A stretch of 62,144 nucleotides of DNA from contig CAIXLI010000074.1 of the NCBI GenBank assembly GCA_903920205.1, positions 1 to 62,144 of the forward strand. Direction: 5' to 3'. This stretch comes from an uncultured Pseudomonadota bacterium. GTDB taxonomy: Bacteria; Pseudomonadota; Alphaproteobacteria; UBA9219. The position numbers and the translations under genes are program-made. The notes beneath the pieces are model-generated. The model worked only from the letters and a program-made list of their open reading frames with translations, was not told the origin of the DNA and did not search any database. Positions 1-10,086 of the stretch are shown here, one piece after another. Each line of letters starts with the position of its first letter. Position 1 is the first letter of the stretch.

Positions 1-599
1 GAGTTCGGGTAATAATGGATTTTTTCTCTATCTACAACAAGTCGTGATATTGGTACCCGAAACGCTTCCGACTGAATCAAAATTAAGTCCGCATGCCGAT
101 AGATATAACGAACAAGAACCTCAACGATATTCAGAATATGTCGATTGCGTATAAATCCAGTTGCCGACAGGCTTTCGGGCCACAGATCCTGTACAAAGAC
201 AACCAAGGGAGCCCGATGAAGCCAAGAAAGAAAGATGGCAGGCAACGCCTGTAATAACGGCGAAAGAGCGTATACAAAGACCACGTCATACTTCCTCCTT
301 CTGAGGATAAAAGGAGCATACACGAAGCCAGAAAAAACAAACGACAGGTAATTGAGAAACAAACCACGTGCCGAACCGCCGCCCCTTGGAACAAGGGGCA
401 CCCGCACGATGGCAGCCCCTTCATACTGTTCGTATGCGATGCCAGCCGCCTTATATCCGGGAAATATTTTTCCACCCGGATAATTGGGCTTGCCCGTCAG
501 AACGGTCAAAAGATGTCCTTTCCTGACAAGCTTTTTCACCAGCTCATTAATTCGAAAACTTTCCGGCCAAAAATATTGTGAAAAAACAAGAATTCTCAT
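1..599 (-). CDS. Glycosyltransferase (group 1, WcaI-like N-terminal domain); 3' end runs off the window
   Basis: Absent from the ORF track because it is open at the window edge. Manual minus-strand translation from ATG at 599 (GGAG about 8 nt upstream) gives MRILVFSQYFWPESFRINELVKKLVRKGHLLTVLTGKPNYPGGKIFPGYK..., open to position 1. This is a typical GT-B N-terminus. Confidence 0.75.
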   Translation of the reverse strand, partial: MRILVFSQYFWPESFRINELVKKLVRKGHLLTVLTGKPNYPGGKIFPGYKAAGIAYEQYEGAAIVRVPLVPRGGGSARGLFLNYLSFVFSGFVYAPFILRRRKYDVVFVYALSPLLQALPAIFLSWLHRAPLVVFVQDLWPESLSATGFIRNRHILNIVEVLVRYIYRHADLILIQSEAFRVPISRLVVDREKIHYYPN

Positions 600-613
600 T
601 ATTTCTCCAATAC

Positions 614-1795
614 CTAATTTATTTGCCGTGCAGAGGGAGGCAGAAGCTCAATCGTCGCGCTCAAAAGTGAGCGGGTCTGAGCCACGCTTATGTCCTCTTG
701 TACATATCTTATCCCCAATGCCCGAGCCTGCTCTGATCTCCGGCTAAAGGCCACACTATCCATATCAAGACAACTCTGCAAAACTGTTCGAAACTGGCGT
801 GGTGCCTCAAGAGGTATGCTCCAGCCAGCCCCATGTTCTCCGAGCTCTTGCCATGGGGTGCGATCACTAATAAGAACGGGGCAGCCCGCCAGTAACGCCT
901 CTAAAATCACAAAACCAAAGCTCTCACCAAAAGTCGGCAAGAAAAACAAATGGTAACGCCCCAATATATTCACGACTTCGTCATGCACAACCTCCCCCCT
1001 ATATCGAACAACGATATTTTCGGGAAGATCTTGAATGACAGCATCACACTCTCTCCAATAGGCCATATCCTCTTTTGGGCCATAGATATCGAATTGGACT
1101 CGCCCGCTCAAATTGGCAAGCGCCGATAGCGCATAAGCGAGATTCTTTATCCTACAAATGCGGGATAAAAAAACGACAGAAAGCTGCCCTGCTATCTTTT
1201 CTGCGCGTGTGGAGATAATGGGGAACTCCAGCAAGGGCAAACAATCCCTAGCAACAGTCACTAATGCCGATTTCCCCATCTGCTTGCGTACATCGACGGC
1301 TTCGGCTTCGGTCGAGACATGCCACCGAGCATCATCACAAAGCCCAAAATATTTTAACAACAATATATATATTCTTTTCTTAACCGACTTCAACCGCAGC
1401 GCTTCCAAAGAAAACTCTCCTCTCGGAGCAATAATTAGGGGTCTTTTAGGAATTAAAGACAGCTTGCGTGCAAGCAAGAGAGGAAACGTAAACGCTGGAG
1501 AGAAAAAACTGTTATGATATTGAATTGAGAATTCTATCTTTCGAAAAAGTCCTATAAGACGAAGCCAGCGATTTCTAGGAGCAAGATATAAAATATCCCC
1601 CATTGCGAACAGTCGCCCTTCGCTAGTAAGGTTGGCATAGGGAACTTTATCCCCTAAATCGCGGTCACGTGTTATTACTTTAAAATCCCAGTCATCACTC
1701 AAGCGCACAACCATATTGCTGATTGCTTGCACTGCCCCGCCTCCCCTGTGACCTGGCAAATAGTAATCACTTGTAGCTAGAATCGTCGTTTTCAT
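614..1795 (-). CDS. Glycosyltransferase family 1 (GT-B fold)
   Basis: ORF 614..1861. The likely start is the internal MKTTILATSDYYLPGHRGGGA (1795) or MAVD (1807). C-terminal LPTFGESFGFVILEALLAGCPVLISD matches the GT1 E-x7-E region. Visibly lower GC than the rest of the window. Confidence 0.8.
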   Translation of the reverse strand: MKTTILATSDYYLPGHRGGGAVQAISNMVVRLSDDWDFKVITRDRDLGDKVPYANLTSEGRLFAMGDILYLAPRNRWLRLIGLFRKIEFSIQYHNSFFSPAFTFPLLLARKLSLIPKRPLIIAPRGEFSLEALRLKSVKKRIYILLLKYFGLCDDARWHVSTEAEAVDVRKQMGKSALVTVARDCLPLLEFPIISTRAEKIAGQLSVVFLSRICRIKNLAYALSALANLSGRVQFDIYGPKEDMAYWRECDAVIQDLPENIVVRYRGEVVHDEVVNILGRYHLFFLPTFGESFGFVILEALLAGCPVLISDRTPWQELGEHGAGWSIPLEAPRQFRTVLQSCLDMDSVAFSRRSEQARALGIRYVQEDISVAQTRSLLSATIELLPPSARQIN

Positions 1796-1875
1796 ATCGA
1801 CAGCCATGGGCGTTCCACATCCGCAAGAGTAGTAGCAAAAATGACTGAACCAAAACCGCAATAAGGAAAACTTGG

Positions 1876-2409
1876 TGACCTGCTCCCCAATGATGTACCA
1901 GCGGCAAGTTGACCTTTAAGCTTTTTGATCCGACCCCTAATTTGTCGCCAAGGGGAAGTTTAGTTTTCCGGCGGTTGGGAGCGTAAAGAATCCGTAAAAC
2001 TCCTGTGCTGCTGAGTGTATTCGATCGGCGTTGCGTTGCCAAGAGATGAGTGAGGACGGCTCTCGTTGTAATCCCGTCGCCACGCCTCGATAATCTCTTT
2101 TGCTTCTCGCAAGCTGCTGAACCAATGAAGATTCAAACATTCTGCTCGAAGCGACCCGTTGAACGTTTCGATGAAGGCATTGTCCGTAGGCTTTCCTGGT
2201 CGAGAGAAGTAGATCCGAACTTTGTGGTGATAAGCCCACATATCCATAATCCTTCCCGTAAACTCAGCCCCATTGTCTGCAAAGAGATATTTCGGGGCAC
2301 CGCGCCGTAGGACAAGTTTGTTGAGAACATTTACGACGTCTTCGCCGCGAAGCCGCTGGCCAACCTCGACTGCCAGCGCTTCACGGCTGAAGATGTCAAC
2401 AACGGTCAA
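1876..2409 (-). mobile_element. 5'-truncated IS3-family insertion sequence remnant (OrfB tail plus one terminal repeat)
   Basis: ORF 1960..2409 encodes only the distal part of an rve/DDE integrase core. There is no OrfA or N-terminal part upstream. TGACCTGCTCCCC at 1876 resembles, from memory, IS3/IS407-group terminal inverted repeats. Confidence 0.7.
1960..2409 (-). pseudogene. Truncated IS3-family transposase OrfB (integrase core C-terminal part)
   Basis: ...LFADNGAEFTG...YFSRPGKPTDNAFIETFNGSLRAECLN...EAKEIIEAWRRDYNESRPHSSLGNATP. The homologous region begins abruptly at DIFSRE, so the N-terminal two thirds are missing. Confidence 0.8.
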
Positions 2410-2659
2410 GGCACGTATCTTTTGACCGTTGCTTACATGCTTCCTCCGTCAATGGGTCTGTAAGTCTTGGCGACAGGTTTCGCGTTGCGAATTTTTACGT
2501 CTGATAGAGCCATCTATATATCCCCCAATACCCACGAGCCTTCCCATAGTTGCTGGGAATTCCCTAGAATTTCGTCGGATTTTAACAGACGGGTAAATGC
2601 AAGTAACCCTTATTTTTCAACGCTTTCTGGACATTCTTGGATGTCTCAGGAAAGTCAGT

Positions 2660-2733
2660 TGGAGGCACGGGCCGGAATCGAACCGGCATTCGAGGATTTG
2701 CAGTCCTCTACATCGCCATTCTGCCACCGCGCC
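2660..2733 (-). tRNA. tRNA-Cys (GCA)
   Basis: Reverse complement GGCGCGGTGGCAGAATGGCGATGTAGAGGACTGCAAATCCTCGAATGCCGGTTCGATTCCGGCCCGTGCCTCCA. It has cloverleaf arms, anticodon loop CTGCAAA, a GGTTCGATTCC T-arm and an encoded CCA. Confidence 0.9.
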
Positions 2734-2829
2734 TTGCAGGGACTGGGAAGGGGGGAAGATTAGGGTGTTGAGCTGTGCGGGTCAAGCTTGTATAGGGGGT
2801 GTCGTACAGTTTTCTTGGGGAGTTTAACC

Positions 2830-3525
2830 ATGACCGCGATGTTGAAGCCCTCCGTTCCCGATTTCGCCGCTGCGCGTCGCAACATGGTCGAGGGGCAATT
2901 GCGCCCCAATCGGGTTTCCGACCCCCGTATTTTGGTGGCGATGAGCGAGATTCCGCGCGAATTATTTGTTCCCTTCACGCATGTGGGCGTGGCCTATCTC
3001 GACGAAAACATCCCTTTGATTTCCGACCGGTCTTTGATGCAGCCCATGATCTTGGCACGTCTGCTGCAGGCGGCGGAAATTGCACCTGACGACCGCATCT
3101 TGGAACTTGCGCCAGGAACAGGATATTCGACTTTGGTTCTGGCGACACTGGCTTCTTCTGTCTTCAGCATAGAACCCGACGCCCTTTTGTACCAGGAAGT
3201 CGAAAAAAACGTCGAGGCCTATGCCTCGGGCAAAGCCAAGGTTCTGGCAGGCGCTCCGGTCGAGGGATGCATCGCGCATGCCCCGTTCGATGTCATATTT
3301 GTCAATGGCAGCGTGGAATTTGTGCCGGAAGTTCTTTTCGAACAACTGGCGGAAGGCGGTCGCCTTGTCGCCGTTATGCGCAGTCACGGCGCGGCGCATG
3401 CGGCACATACGGGCCAAGCGCGGCTGTACCGCAAGACCAAGGGCGACATCGCTTGGGTTTCCTTGTTCGACGCCCATGTACCCCCTGCCCCCGGGTTCGA
3501 CAACCCGCGTGGATTCACGTTCTGA
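2830..3525 (+). CDS. pcm: Protein-L-isoaspartate O-methyltransferase
   Basis: Internal ATG at 2830 (MTAMLKPSVPDFAAARRNMVEGQLRPN). SAM-binding ILELAPGTGYST motif. Length and layout fit alphaproteobacterial Pcm. Confidence 0.8.
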   Translation: MTAMLKPSVPDFAAARRNMVEGQLRPNRVSDPRILVAMSEIPRELFVPFTHVGVAYLDENIPLISDRSLMQPMILARLLQAAEIAPDDRILELAPGTGYSTLVLATLASSVFSIEPDALLYQEVEKNVEAYASGKAKVLAGAPVEGCIAHAPFDVIFVNGSVEFVPEVLFEQLAEGGRLVAVMRSHGAAHAAHTGQARLYRKTKGDIAWVSLFDAHVPPAPGFDNPRGFTF

Positions 3526-3630
3526 TCGCTTTCTTTTGTTTCTGTCTTGCAACAACGTTAAAAACCGATAGACTTTCGCTGTCATGCCTTCCCGCGATTC
3601 GCGCGGATTCCCCCCGTTTGAGAGAAACCA

Positions 3631-4149
3631 ATGGCTGAAGATACCGAGGCTGCTGCCGACCCTTCGATGGAAGAAATTCTTGCCTCGATTCGCAAAATCA
3701 TTTCTGATGACAGCCCTCCTACCGAGGCCGCGCAGGAAGACGTGCTGGAATTAACGCAGATCATTCAGGAAGACGGTTCCGTCAAGGACGCGAAGGCGAT
3801 TGAAGAAGTTGCTGTTGCCCCACCGCCCCCTCCACCACCACCTCCTCCTCCCCCGCCACCGCCGCCGCCCCCCCCCGCGCCGCCGGTTCTGACGGAATCC
3901 TTGGTCTCTGCCCCCGCGGCAAGTTCGGCAGCATCGACTTTGTCGTCTTTGGCGAACACGGTCGAGATCGAACGATTAGCCTCTGCTCCACTAGGCGCGA
4001 CGTTTATCGGCAACGGGCACCGCACATTGGAAGACATGGTGATCGAGCTGATGCGCCCGCTTCTGAAAGAATGGCTCGACAATAATCTGCCCGTCGTCGT
4101 CGAGCGTTTGGTGCAAAAAGAAATCGACCGCATCGCCCGCCGTTCCTGA
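3631..4149 (+). CDS. popZ: PopZ-like pole-organizing protein (DUF2497)
   Basis: N-terminal PSMEEILASIRKIISDD and C-terminal GHRTLEDMVIELMRPLLKEWLDNNLPVVVERLVQKEIDRI closely parallel Caulobacter PopZ as I recall it. The central linker is acidic and Pro-rich. Confidence 0.8.
   Translation: MAEDTEAAADPSMEEILASIRKIISDDSPPTEAAQEDVLELTQIIQEDGSVKDAKAIEEVAVAPPPPPPPPPPPPPPPPPPPAPPVLTESLVSAPAASSAASTLSSLANTVEIERLASAPLGATFIGNGHRTLEDMVIELMRPLLKEWLDNNLPVVVERLVQKEIDRIARRS
3820..3885 (+). repeat. CCN low-complexity tract encoding about 19-20 consecutive prolines, then APP
   Basis: Codon-by-codon reading gives cca ccg ccc cct cca cca cca cct cct cct ccc ccg cca ccg ccg ccg ccc ccc ccc gcg ccg ccg. Confidence 0.95.
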
Positions 4150-4247
4150 TTGTCAAGGACGCGGAAAATTCCGAATCGAATCATTGCAATTGGCCCAATT
4201 CTTGTGCTCAAATCCCGTTAATACATTCTTAACGAAGGGTTGGGGTC

Positions 4248-5195
4248 GTGAACGAGAAATTTGCTGAATTGGGGTCTCCTCGACGCATTTGGGCTGTTGC
4301 CGCTATTCATGGCGATGTTGACCGTCTCGCCACCCTTCATGACCATATCGCCTCCCGTTTTTCGGTACGCGACCGTTTGGTTTATCTAGGCAATTATATG
4401 GGCGTCGAATCGCGCACCAATGCCGCCTTGATGGACGAAATCCTTCTTTTCCGTTCCGCCTTGCTGTGCAAAACGGGGGTCGAGGCTTCCGATATCACCT
4501 TCCTGCGCGGCCCCGCCGAAGAAGCGTGGCAGCGTTTGCTGCGGCTTCAATTCGCGCCGCTGCCGCATCAGACTTTGGAAAAATTACTGGCCTCGGGCGT
4601 GGAATCCTATTTGCGTCTGTACGGCATTAGCGTCAACGACACGCGGTCGATCGCGCGCGCCGGCAGCCTTGCCATTACCCGCTGGACCAATCAGCTTCGC
4701 GCTTTGCAACGCAACGCACCCGGGCATGAAAAATTGATGTTCACGATGCGCCGCGCCGCTTTTACTAATTCTGGCGCCGATCAAAAACGTTTGCTTTTGG
4801 TTCCTGCAAGCTTTGACCCTTCGCGTTCATTAGACGATCAGGGAGAATCCCTGTGGTGGACGGCTTCGCCGTTCCGCGTCACGGGACGCGCTCAAGCCGC
4901 ATACAGCCGCATCGTGCGCGGATTTGATTCCGTCAACGGCGGGGCCGATCTTGATGATCTTGCCGTGACTTTGGACGGCGGCTGCGGTCGTGGTGGTCCT
5001 TTGGTTTGCGGCTGCTTTACCCCTTCGGGCAAGCTGATCGAACTGGTTGTAACCGGTGGGCGCGGCGCTTTGGAATCGATGCCTTACGAGCGCGAAGCCG
5101 CCAACGATTTCCACCTCGCGGCGGAGGCGCAACAAAGCGTCCCGCAAATCATTGTACCTCCGGCCTTCGAGCAACGGCAAGCGGCGAACGCGTAA
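4248..5195 (+). CDS. Metallophosphoesterase-like protein with degenerate metal-binding motifs (probable pseudo-phosphatase)
   Basis: GTG start. RIWAVAAIHGDVDRL and LVYLGNYMG occupy the positions of the GDxHG and GDxxDRG motifs, but the Asp residues are replaced. Confidence 0.55.
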   Translation: MNEKFAELGSPRRIWAVAAIHGDVDRLATLHDHIASRFSVRDRLVYLGNYMGVESRTNAALMDEILLFRSALLCKTGVEASDITFLRGPAEEAWQRLLRLQFAPLPHQTLEKLLASGVESYLRLYGISVNDTRSIARAGSLAITRWTNQLRALQRNAPGHEKLMFTMRRAAFTNSGADQKRLLLVPASFDPSRSLDDQGESLWWTASPFRVTGRAQAAYSRIVRGFDSVNGGADLDDLAVTLDGGCGRGGPLVCGCFTPSGKLIELVVTGGRGALESMPYEREAANDFHLAAEAQQSVPQIIVPPAFEQRQAANA

Positions 5196-5222
5196 AGGCG
5201 CGGCGTCAAGCCGCCGCCTTTG
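5195..5222. terminator. GC-rich hairpin flanked by A- and T-runs between convergent genes (bidirectional terminator candidate)
   Basis: AAAGGCGCGGCGTCAAGCCGCCGCCTTT, with one bulge, lies exactly between the stop at 5195 and the chvG stop at 5223. Confidence 0.5.
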
Positions 5223-6914
5223 CTATTCCAGCACCGCAGGCAACTGAACGACAAATTTTGCGCCGAGGATATTTCCTGCGGCGTCTTTCCTGTTTTCCGC
5301 CCAAATGCGCCCACGATGCGCTTCGATAATTTGCTTAGAAATACTGAGGCCCAAGCCCGAATGCGTACCGAATTTCTCGGCTTTAGGGCGTTCGGTGTAA
5401 AAGCGGTCGAAAATTGCTTCGCGCTTATTCTCAGGAATACCCGGGCCGAAATCTTCAACAGTGACCTGAATGCCTGCGCCGATGCGCGTAGCGGAAAGTG
5501 TAACGGGTTTATCCGGCGGCGAAAATGACAGCGCGTTATCGAGCAAATTCTGGAACACCTGAACCAAACGCCCCCTAACGCCCATCACGCGCAAGCCCTC
5601 GCCCGTCGCCTGCAACACGACACGCGGCTGTTGCCCGTCCTTGCCGTCGTTAACGCGGTAATACCCTTCCATCTGCGCGAGATTCGCGCCGATATCGACA
5701 GGCTGCAGCTCCGCCCGCCCCAGCTCGGCATCAAGACGCGAAGCGCTGGAAATATCGGTAATCAGACGCGTCATGCGATCAATGTCGTCGCGGATAATCG
5801 CCATCAGCTTTTCCCGCGCCGCAGGGTCTTGCAGGCGTTCGACCGTTTCGACGGCGCTTCGCAGCGAGGTTAGCGGATTTTTCAATTCATGCGCGATATC
5901 GGCAGCAAAATTTTCGATATCGCTGATCCGCCGCGCCAAAGCCGTCGTCAACGCGCGCAAGGCCCCCGACAGATCGCCGATTTCGTCATGACGCGCCGTC
6001 ATATCGGGGATGGCCTCATCGCGCAAAAGATTGGCGATGCCGGAAACGCCCATCGTGTTGCTTTGCCCCCGCCGCAAAATTTCTGCCGCCTGTGCAAGCT
6101 GGCGAATGGGGCGGGCGATCCCGCGGGCGAGATACAAGGACAATAAAATAGTGACGCCAAGCGTGATGAAGAAAATCTGCAAAATGTTGATGCGCACCGC
6201 ATAAATAGCGTGGTCGATCGACGCATCGCTGCGCGACATCATCACCGCACCCAAGATGCGGTGCGCGTGTTCGACCGGCACCGCCACGGCAAGAATCAAC
6301 CCGCCACGCGCGAGGCTCCACACCTGCATCGCCTTTTCGCCCTTTAGGGCCCGCGCCGTCACATCATAATGTCCCGCGCGTTGCAAGGCCTGTTCACCAT
6401 ACAAAGGATAGGCTTGGCGTTCATGGATAAGGTCGAAAACATTGAACACAGCGGCAATCGCACGCGCACCCCAACTTACAGGAACGTCGCCCACGGCGGG
6501 AAGATCTTCGACCTGAATCCCGCTGCTCTTGCCCGCAAGCAGATTGCGGCTATCAGCCAGAAGCGTTTCCGTTGCGCTGAACAAGCGCGTTCTGTTCTCC
6601 GTCGTTTCCGCCAGACGCCGCACCATCATGCGCGCCAGAAGCGGCGACAGAATGCTTTGGTTGCTATTGTCAATCACGATGGCATTTTCGGCGACGGCGC
6701 TGGCAACGATCCGTGCCTGTGACGACATCTCCTTAAGTTCCGTGGCAATGATGCGGTCTTGATAATTCCCCAGATACAGCAAGCCGCCGACAAGAATAGC
6801 CAGCGCCATGACATTGACAGCCAAAATGCGCAGCAACAAAGGCGACACTCTCCGCGCCGGACGCATCGCATCGCCAAGGGGCGCGGGAGCTTGTTCCTGA
6901 GCCGTATCGGACAA
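5223..6914 (-). CDS. chvG: Sensor histidine kinase, ChvG/ExoS type
   Basis: Two TM segments and a HAMP region. H-box FAADIAHELKNPLTSL and ATP-lid motifs NLLDNALSF, DFGPGI, GLGLSI. Immediately downstream of chvI. The nominal start is TTG, and Met17 is an alternative. Confidence 0.85.
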   Translation of the reverse strand: MSDTAQEQAPAPLGDAMRPARRVSPLLLRILAVNVMALAILVGGLLYLGNYQDRIIATELKEMSSQARIVASAVAENAIVIDNSNQSILSPLLARMMVRRLAETTENRTRLFSATETLLADSRNLLAGKSSGIQVEDLPAVGDVPVSWGARAIAAVFNVFDLIHERQAYPLYGEQALQRAGHYDVTARALKGEKAMQVWSLARGGLILAVAVPVEHAHRILGAVMMSRSDASIDHAIYAVRINILQIFFITLGVTILLSLYLARGIARPIRQLAQAAEILRRGQSNTMGVSGIANLLRDEAIPDMTARHDEIGDLSGALRALTTALARRISDIENFAADIAHELKNPLTSLRSAVETVERLQDPAAREKLMAIIRDDIDRMTRLITDISSASRLDAELGRAELQPVDIGANLAQMEGYYRVNDGKDGQQPRVVLQATGEGLRVMGVRGRLVQVFQNLLDNALSFSPPDKPVTLSATRIGAGIQVTVEDFGPGIPENKREAIFDRFYTERPKAEKFGTHSGLGLSISKQIIEAHRGRIWAENRKDAAGNILGAKFVVQLPAVLE

Positions 6915-6917
6915 TTC

Positions 6918-7622
6918 TTATTCCTTGTAACGATAGCCGACGCCATACAGCGTCTCGATCTGCGAGAAATCGGGGTCGACGTCTTTGAACTTCTTGCGCA
7001 GACGTTTGATATGGCTGTCGATCGTGCGGTCGTCGACATAGATCGCCTCGCCATAGGCGGCGTCCATCAACTGATCGCGGTTTTTGACATGCCCGGGGCG
7101 CTGCGCCAAGGCTTTGACCAGAAGGAACTCCGTCACGGTCAGTTCAACCGGCATGCCTTTCCATGTACAGACATGCCTAGCCCCGTCGAGCGTCATATCG
7201 CCACGCACAAGAAGGGACGCGGGGTCGTTATTGGCGGGTTGCTGGCGCGCCTGTTCGCGGCGCAGCAAAGAACGGATGCGTTCGACCAAAAGGCGTTGCG
7301 AAAAAGGCTTCTTGATATAATCGTCCGCCCCCATGCGAAGCCCCATAATCTCGTCCACCTCCTCGTCCTTGGAGGTCAAAAAGATCACGGGCATCTGCAA
7401 CGTCGTGTTGCCTTGGCGCAAGCGTTGGAGCAATTCCATGCCGTTCAGGCGAGGCATCTTGATATCCAACACCGCTAAATCCGCCGGTTGCTGCGTCAAG
7501 CCGCGCAAGGCCTCGTCACCGTCGGCATAGGTGCGCACCGCAAACCCCTCAGCCTCCAGCGCCATTTGCACCGAAGTCAAAATATTGCGGTCGTCGTCGA
7601 CAAGAACGATAGTGTGCGCCAT
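6918..7622 (-). CDS. chvI: OmpR-family response regulator ChvI
   Basis: Start at the internal [27 protein letters not shown], near-identical in style to rhizobial ChvI. Has a receiver Asp (LDIKMP) and a winged-helix C-terminus ending YGVGYRY. Confidence 0.9.
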   Translation of the reverse strand: MAHTIVLVDDDRNILTSVQMALEAEGFAVRTYADGDEALRGLTQQPADLAVLDIKMPRLNGMELLQRLRQGNTTLQMPVIFLTSKDEEVDEIMGLRMGADDYIKKPFSQRLLVERIRSLLRREQARQQPANNDPASLLVRGDMTLDGARHVCTWKGMPVELTVTEFLLVKALAQRPGHVKNRDQLMDAAYGEAIYVDDRTIDSHIKRLRKKFKDVDPDFSQIETLYGVGYRYKE

Positions 7623-7695
7623 GTTTTTCCCCGTCCTGTTTATTGTCCCGTTCCGCTTAATCTTGAAACGGCATCTTGTTATTCTGGCGATGAAA

Positions 7696-8415
7696 TTAGG
7701 GCTTTTTGGTGGAAAAGGCCACACCGAATGAAAAACTCTCTCCCGGAGCCAAAATAACGCCCTCAGCCTTGTCCAGCAGGTTCACAAACTCTTGCGGCGC
7801 ATTGCCGATGATCGGGAATGTCCCATAATGCATGGGGATCGCCGTCTTCACATCCAAAAAGTCGTTGCACGCCAGCGCCGCCGTTTGTGGCGACATCGTA
7901 AAGCGTCCGCCGATAGGCAGCAGCGCAACATCCGGCTTATATATCCGCTGGATCAGCGCCATATCCGAGAAAACGTCAGTATCCCCCGCATGATACAGAC
8001 ACCCTTCATCCGACATCAACACCGCGCCCGCAGCTTGCCCCAAATAAATGATTTTGCCGTCCTCAACCACCGACGCGCTGTGAACCGCGTTGACCAGCGA
8101 GACGGAAACCCTGTCGTTGATAGCCACGGTGCCGCCGATATTCATCGGCTCACAATGGGTAACGCCCTTAGTCCCAAGATAGGCACACACCTCGAATAGG
8201 GCAAATATCTTGGCCTTGAATTTTCCGGCAAGCGCCACGGCATCGCCCAGATGATCTCCGTGCCCGTGGGTCAGGATAATGGCATCGACAGAGGAGATTT
8301 GTTGAAGAAAGGATTCTAAAAACAACGGGTTGCCCGTGAAAAACGGATCAATCAGAACCGTCGCCCCCGCGCCTTGAGCCAAAAACGCTGAATGTCCAAG
8401 CCATGTAATTTTCAT
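7696..8415 (-). CDS. Metallo-beta-lactamase-fold hydrolase (UPF0173-like)
   Basis: [12 protein letters not shown]... and the HGHGDHLGD metal-binding motif. Confidence 0.8.
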   Translation of the reverse strand: MKITWLGHSAFLAQGAGATVLIDPFFTGNPLFLESFLQQISSVDAIILTHGHGDHLGDAVALAGKFKAKIFALFEVCAYLGTKGVTHCEPMNIGGTVAINDRVSVSLVNAVHSASVVEDGKIIYLGQAAGAVLMSDEGCLYHAGDTDVFSDMALIQRIYKPDVALLPIGGRFTMSPQTAALACNDFLDVKTAIPMHYGTFPIIGNAPQEFVNLLDKAEGVILAPGESFSFGVAFSTKKP

Positions 8416-8603
8416 AATCGCCCCCCTTTATTAAGTGCCTGAGCTTTATGGTAACCTGCGATCCTGTCTAAGGAAAGCTGCGTTTGCCCCTCTATTAAAG
8501 AAGGTGCGTGTATGTTGAGAACCTATGGTTTCATTAACTTTAAGCCGATTTTAACCTGAATGCGGCATAAGCAGGGACCAACCCATTATCCGCGAGGTTC
8601 AGC

Positions 8604-9911
8604 ATGACCGATGCCCCCCACCGCACCGTTACTCTGACCGACGACGCTACAGGCAAAAAGTGGACATTTCCGATACTTGACGGCTCAATGGGGCCAAGCG
8701 TGATCGATACGCGCAAGCTGTATAGCGGAACCGATTTCTTTGCCCATGATCCCGGGTTCACCTCGACCAGTAGTTGCGAATCCAAGATCACCTTCATCGA
8801 CGGCGACAAAGGCATTCTTCTGCATCGCGGCTATCCCATCGATGAATTGGCGAACAAAAGCGATTTTCTTGAAGTCGCCCAATTGCTGCAAACGGGAGAA
8901 CTTCCTAATGCTGCGGAAAAGCGCGAATGGAACAAAAACATCACCATGCACACGATGGTGCATGAACAGCTTATCCGTTTTTATTCCGGCTTCCGCCGCG
9001 ACGCCCATCCGATGGCGGTTATGGTCGGCGTGGTCGGAGCCTTATCAGCCTTTTATCACGATTCAATCGACATCAACGATGCGCGGCAACGCGAAATCGC
9101 CAGCCACCGCTTGATTGCCAAGATTCCGACTTTAGCGGCAATGGCCTTCAAATATTCGGCGGGGCAGCCCTTTGTTTATCCACAAAACCACCTGACCTAT
9201 GCGGAAAACTTCCTGCATATGTGTTTTTCGGTTCCGGCGGAGCCTTACAAGGTCAATCCGGTTCTAGCGCACGCTATGAACAAGATTTTCATTCTGCACG
9301 CCGACCATGAACAGAACGCCTCGACATCGACCGTACGTTTGGCAAGTTCGTCGGGTGCCAATCCCTTCGCCTGCATTGCGGCGGGTATCGCCTGTCTCTG
9401 GGGCCCTGCGCATGGCGGCGCGAACGAAGCCGTTTTGCGCATGTTGATGAGCATCGGCAGCAAGGACAAAATCCCTGAAATCGTCAAACGCGCCAAGGAT
9501 AAGGACGACACATTCCGCCTGATGGGCTTCGGGCACCGCGTCTATAAAAACTACGACCCCCGCGCCAAAGTCATGCAACAAACCTGCCGCGAGGTTTTGG
9601 ACGAATTGGGCATCAAAAACGATCCCTTGCTGGAAACGGCGATGGAATTGGAACGCATCGCCCTGCAAGACGATTATTTCATCCAGAAGAAGCTGTATCC
9701 CAACGTGGATTTCTATTCCGGCATCATCCTCCGTGCGATGGGCTTTCCGATGAGCATGTTCACGGTGCTGTTCGCCGTCGCCCGTACCGCAGGATGGGTC
9801 GCGCATTGGCAAGAGCAACTCAACGACCCCGAACGCAAAATCGGGCGCCCGCGCCAGCTTTACACCGGAGCCACAACGCGGGCTTTTGTTCCGGTTGAGC
9901 AGAGAGAGTAA
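8604..9911 (+). CDS. gltA: Citrate synthase (type II)
   Basis: 435 aa. [15 protein letters not shown] and [15 protein letters not shown] are catalytic His/Asp signature regions. Confidence 0.95.
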   Translation: MTDAPHRTVTLTDDATGKKWTFPILDGSMGPSVIDTRKLYSGTDFFAHDPGFTSTSSCESKITFIDGDKGILLHRGYPIDELANKSDFLEVAQLLQTGELPNAAEKREWNKNITMHTMVHEQLIRFYSGFRRDAHPMAVMVGVVGALSAFYHDSIDINDARQREIASHRLIAKIPTLAAMAFKYSAGQPFVYPQNHLTYAENFLHMCFSVPAEPYKVNPVLAHAMNKIFILHADHEQNASTSTVRLASSSGANPFACIAAGIACLWGPAHGGANEAVLRMLMSIGSKDKIPEIVKRAKDKDDTFRLMGFGHRVYKNYDPRAKVMQQTCREVLDELGIKNDPLLETAMELERIALQDDYFIQKKLYPNVDFYSGIILRAMGFPMSMFTVLFAVARTAGWVAHWQEQLNDPERKIGRPRQLYTGATTRAFVPVEQRE

Positions 9912-10086
9912 GACTTCAAGTACCCACTTGAAACGCAACGAGAATTTCCGAGATTTTGCTGTAGCTTGCTTGCCACGTTTTTAGAGGAAGCGGCGCAGCG
10001 TCTATGGTATATGTTTCTCCCGTGACGATTCGGCTAGGCGTGGGAATCGCCCCGCGCACCGCCCCCCGTAACAACACGGAGAGCCC

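Noticed and set aside
131-475. 114-aa minus-strand ORF at the left edge
   Set aside because: It is out of frame with the much better glycosyltransferase reading frame (1..599, minus) that I translated manually. Its sequence is Cys/Leu-rich nonsense.
2467-2827. Plus-strand ORFs 2467..2763 and 2597..2827
   Set aside because: They run across the tRNA-Cys gene and the pcm promoter region and have no coding features.
3765-4211. 148-aa minus-strand ORF containing a poly-Gly run
   Set aside because: It is the mirror image of the PopZ poly-Pro tract (CCN read as GGN), so it is an artefact.
6759-7478. 239-aa plus-strand ORF. Similar shadow ORFs are 9264..9938, 43394..44287, 48127..48885, 51701..52591, 53547..54074 and 24406..24990.
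   Set aside because: Each lies opposite a confidently identified gene (chvI/chvG, gltA, nadA, chorismatase-like, accA/rdgB, pta, slt) and lacks any recognisable motif.
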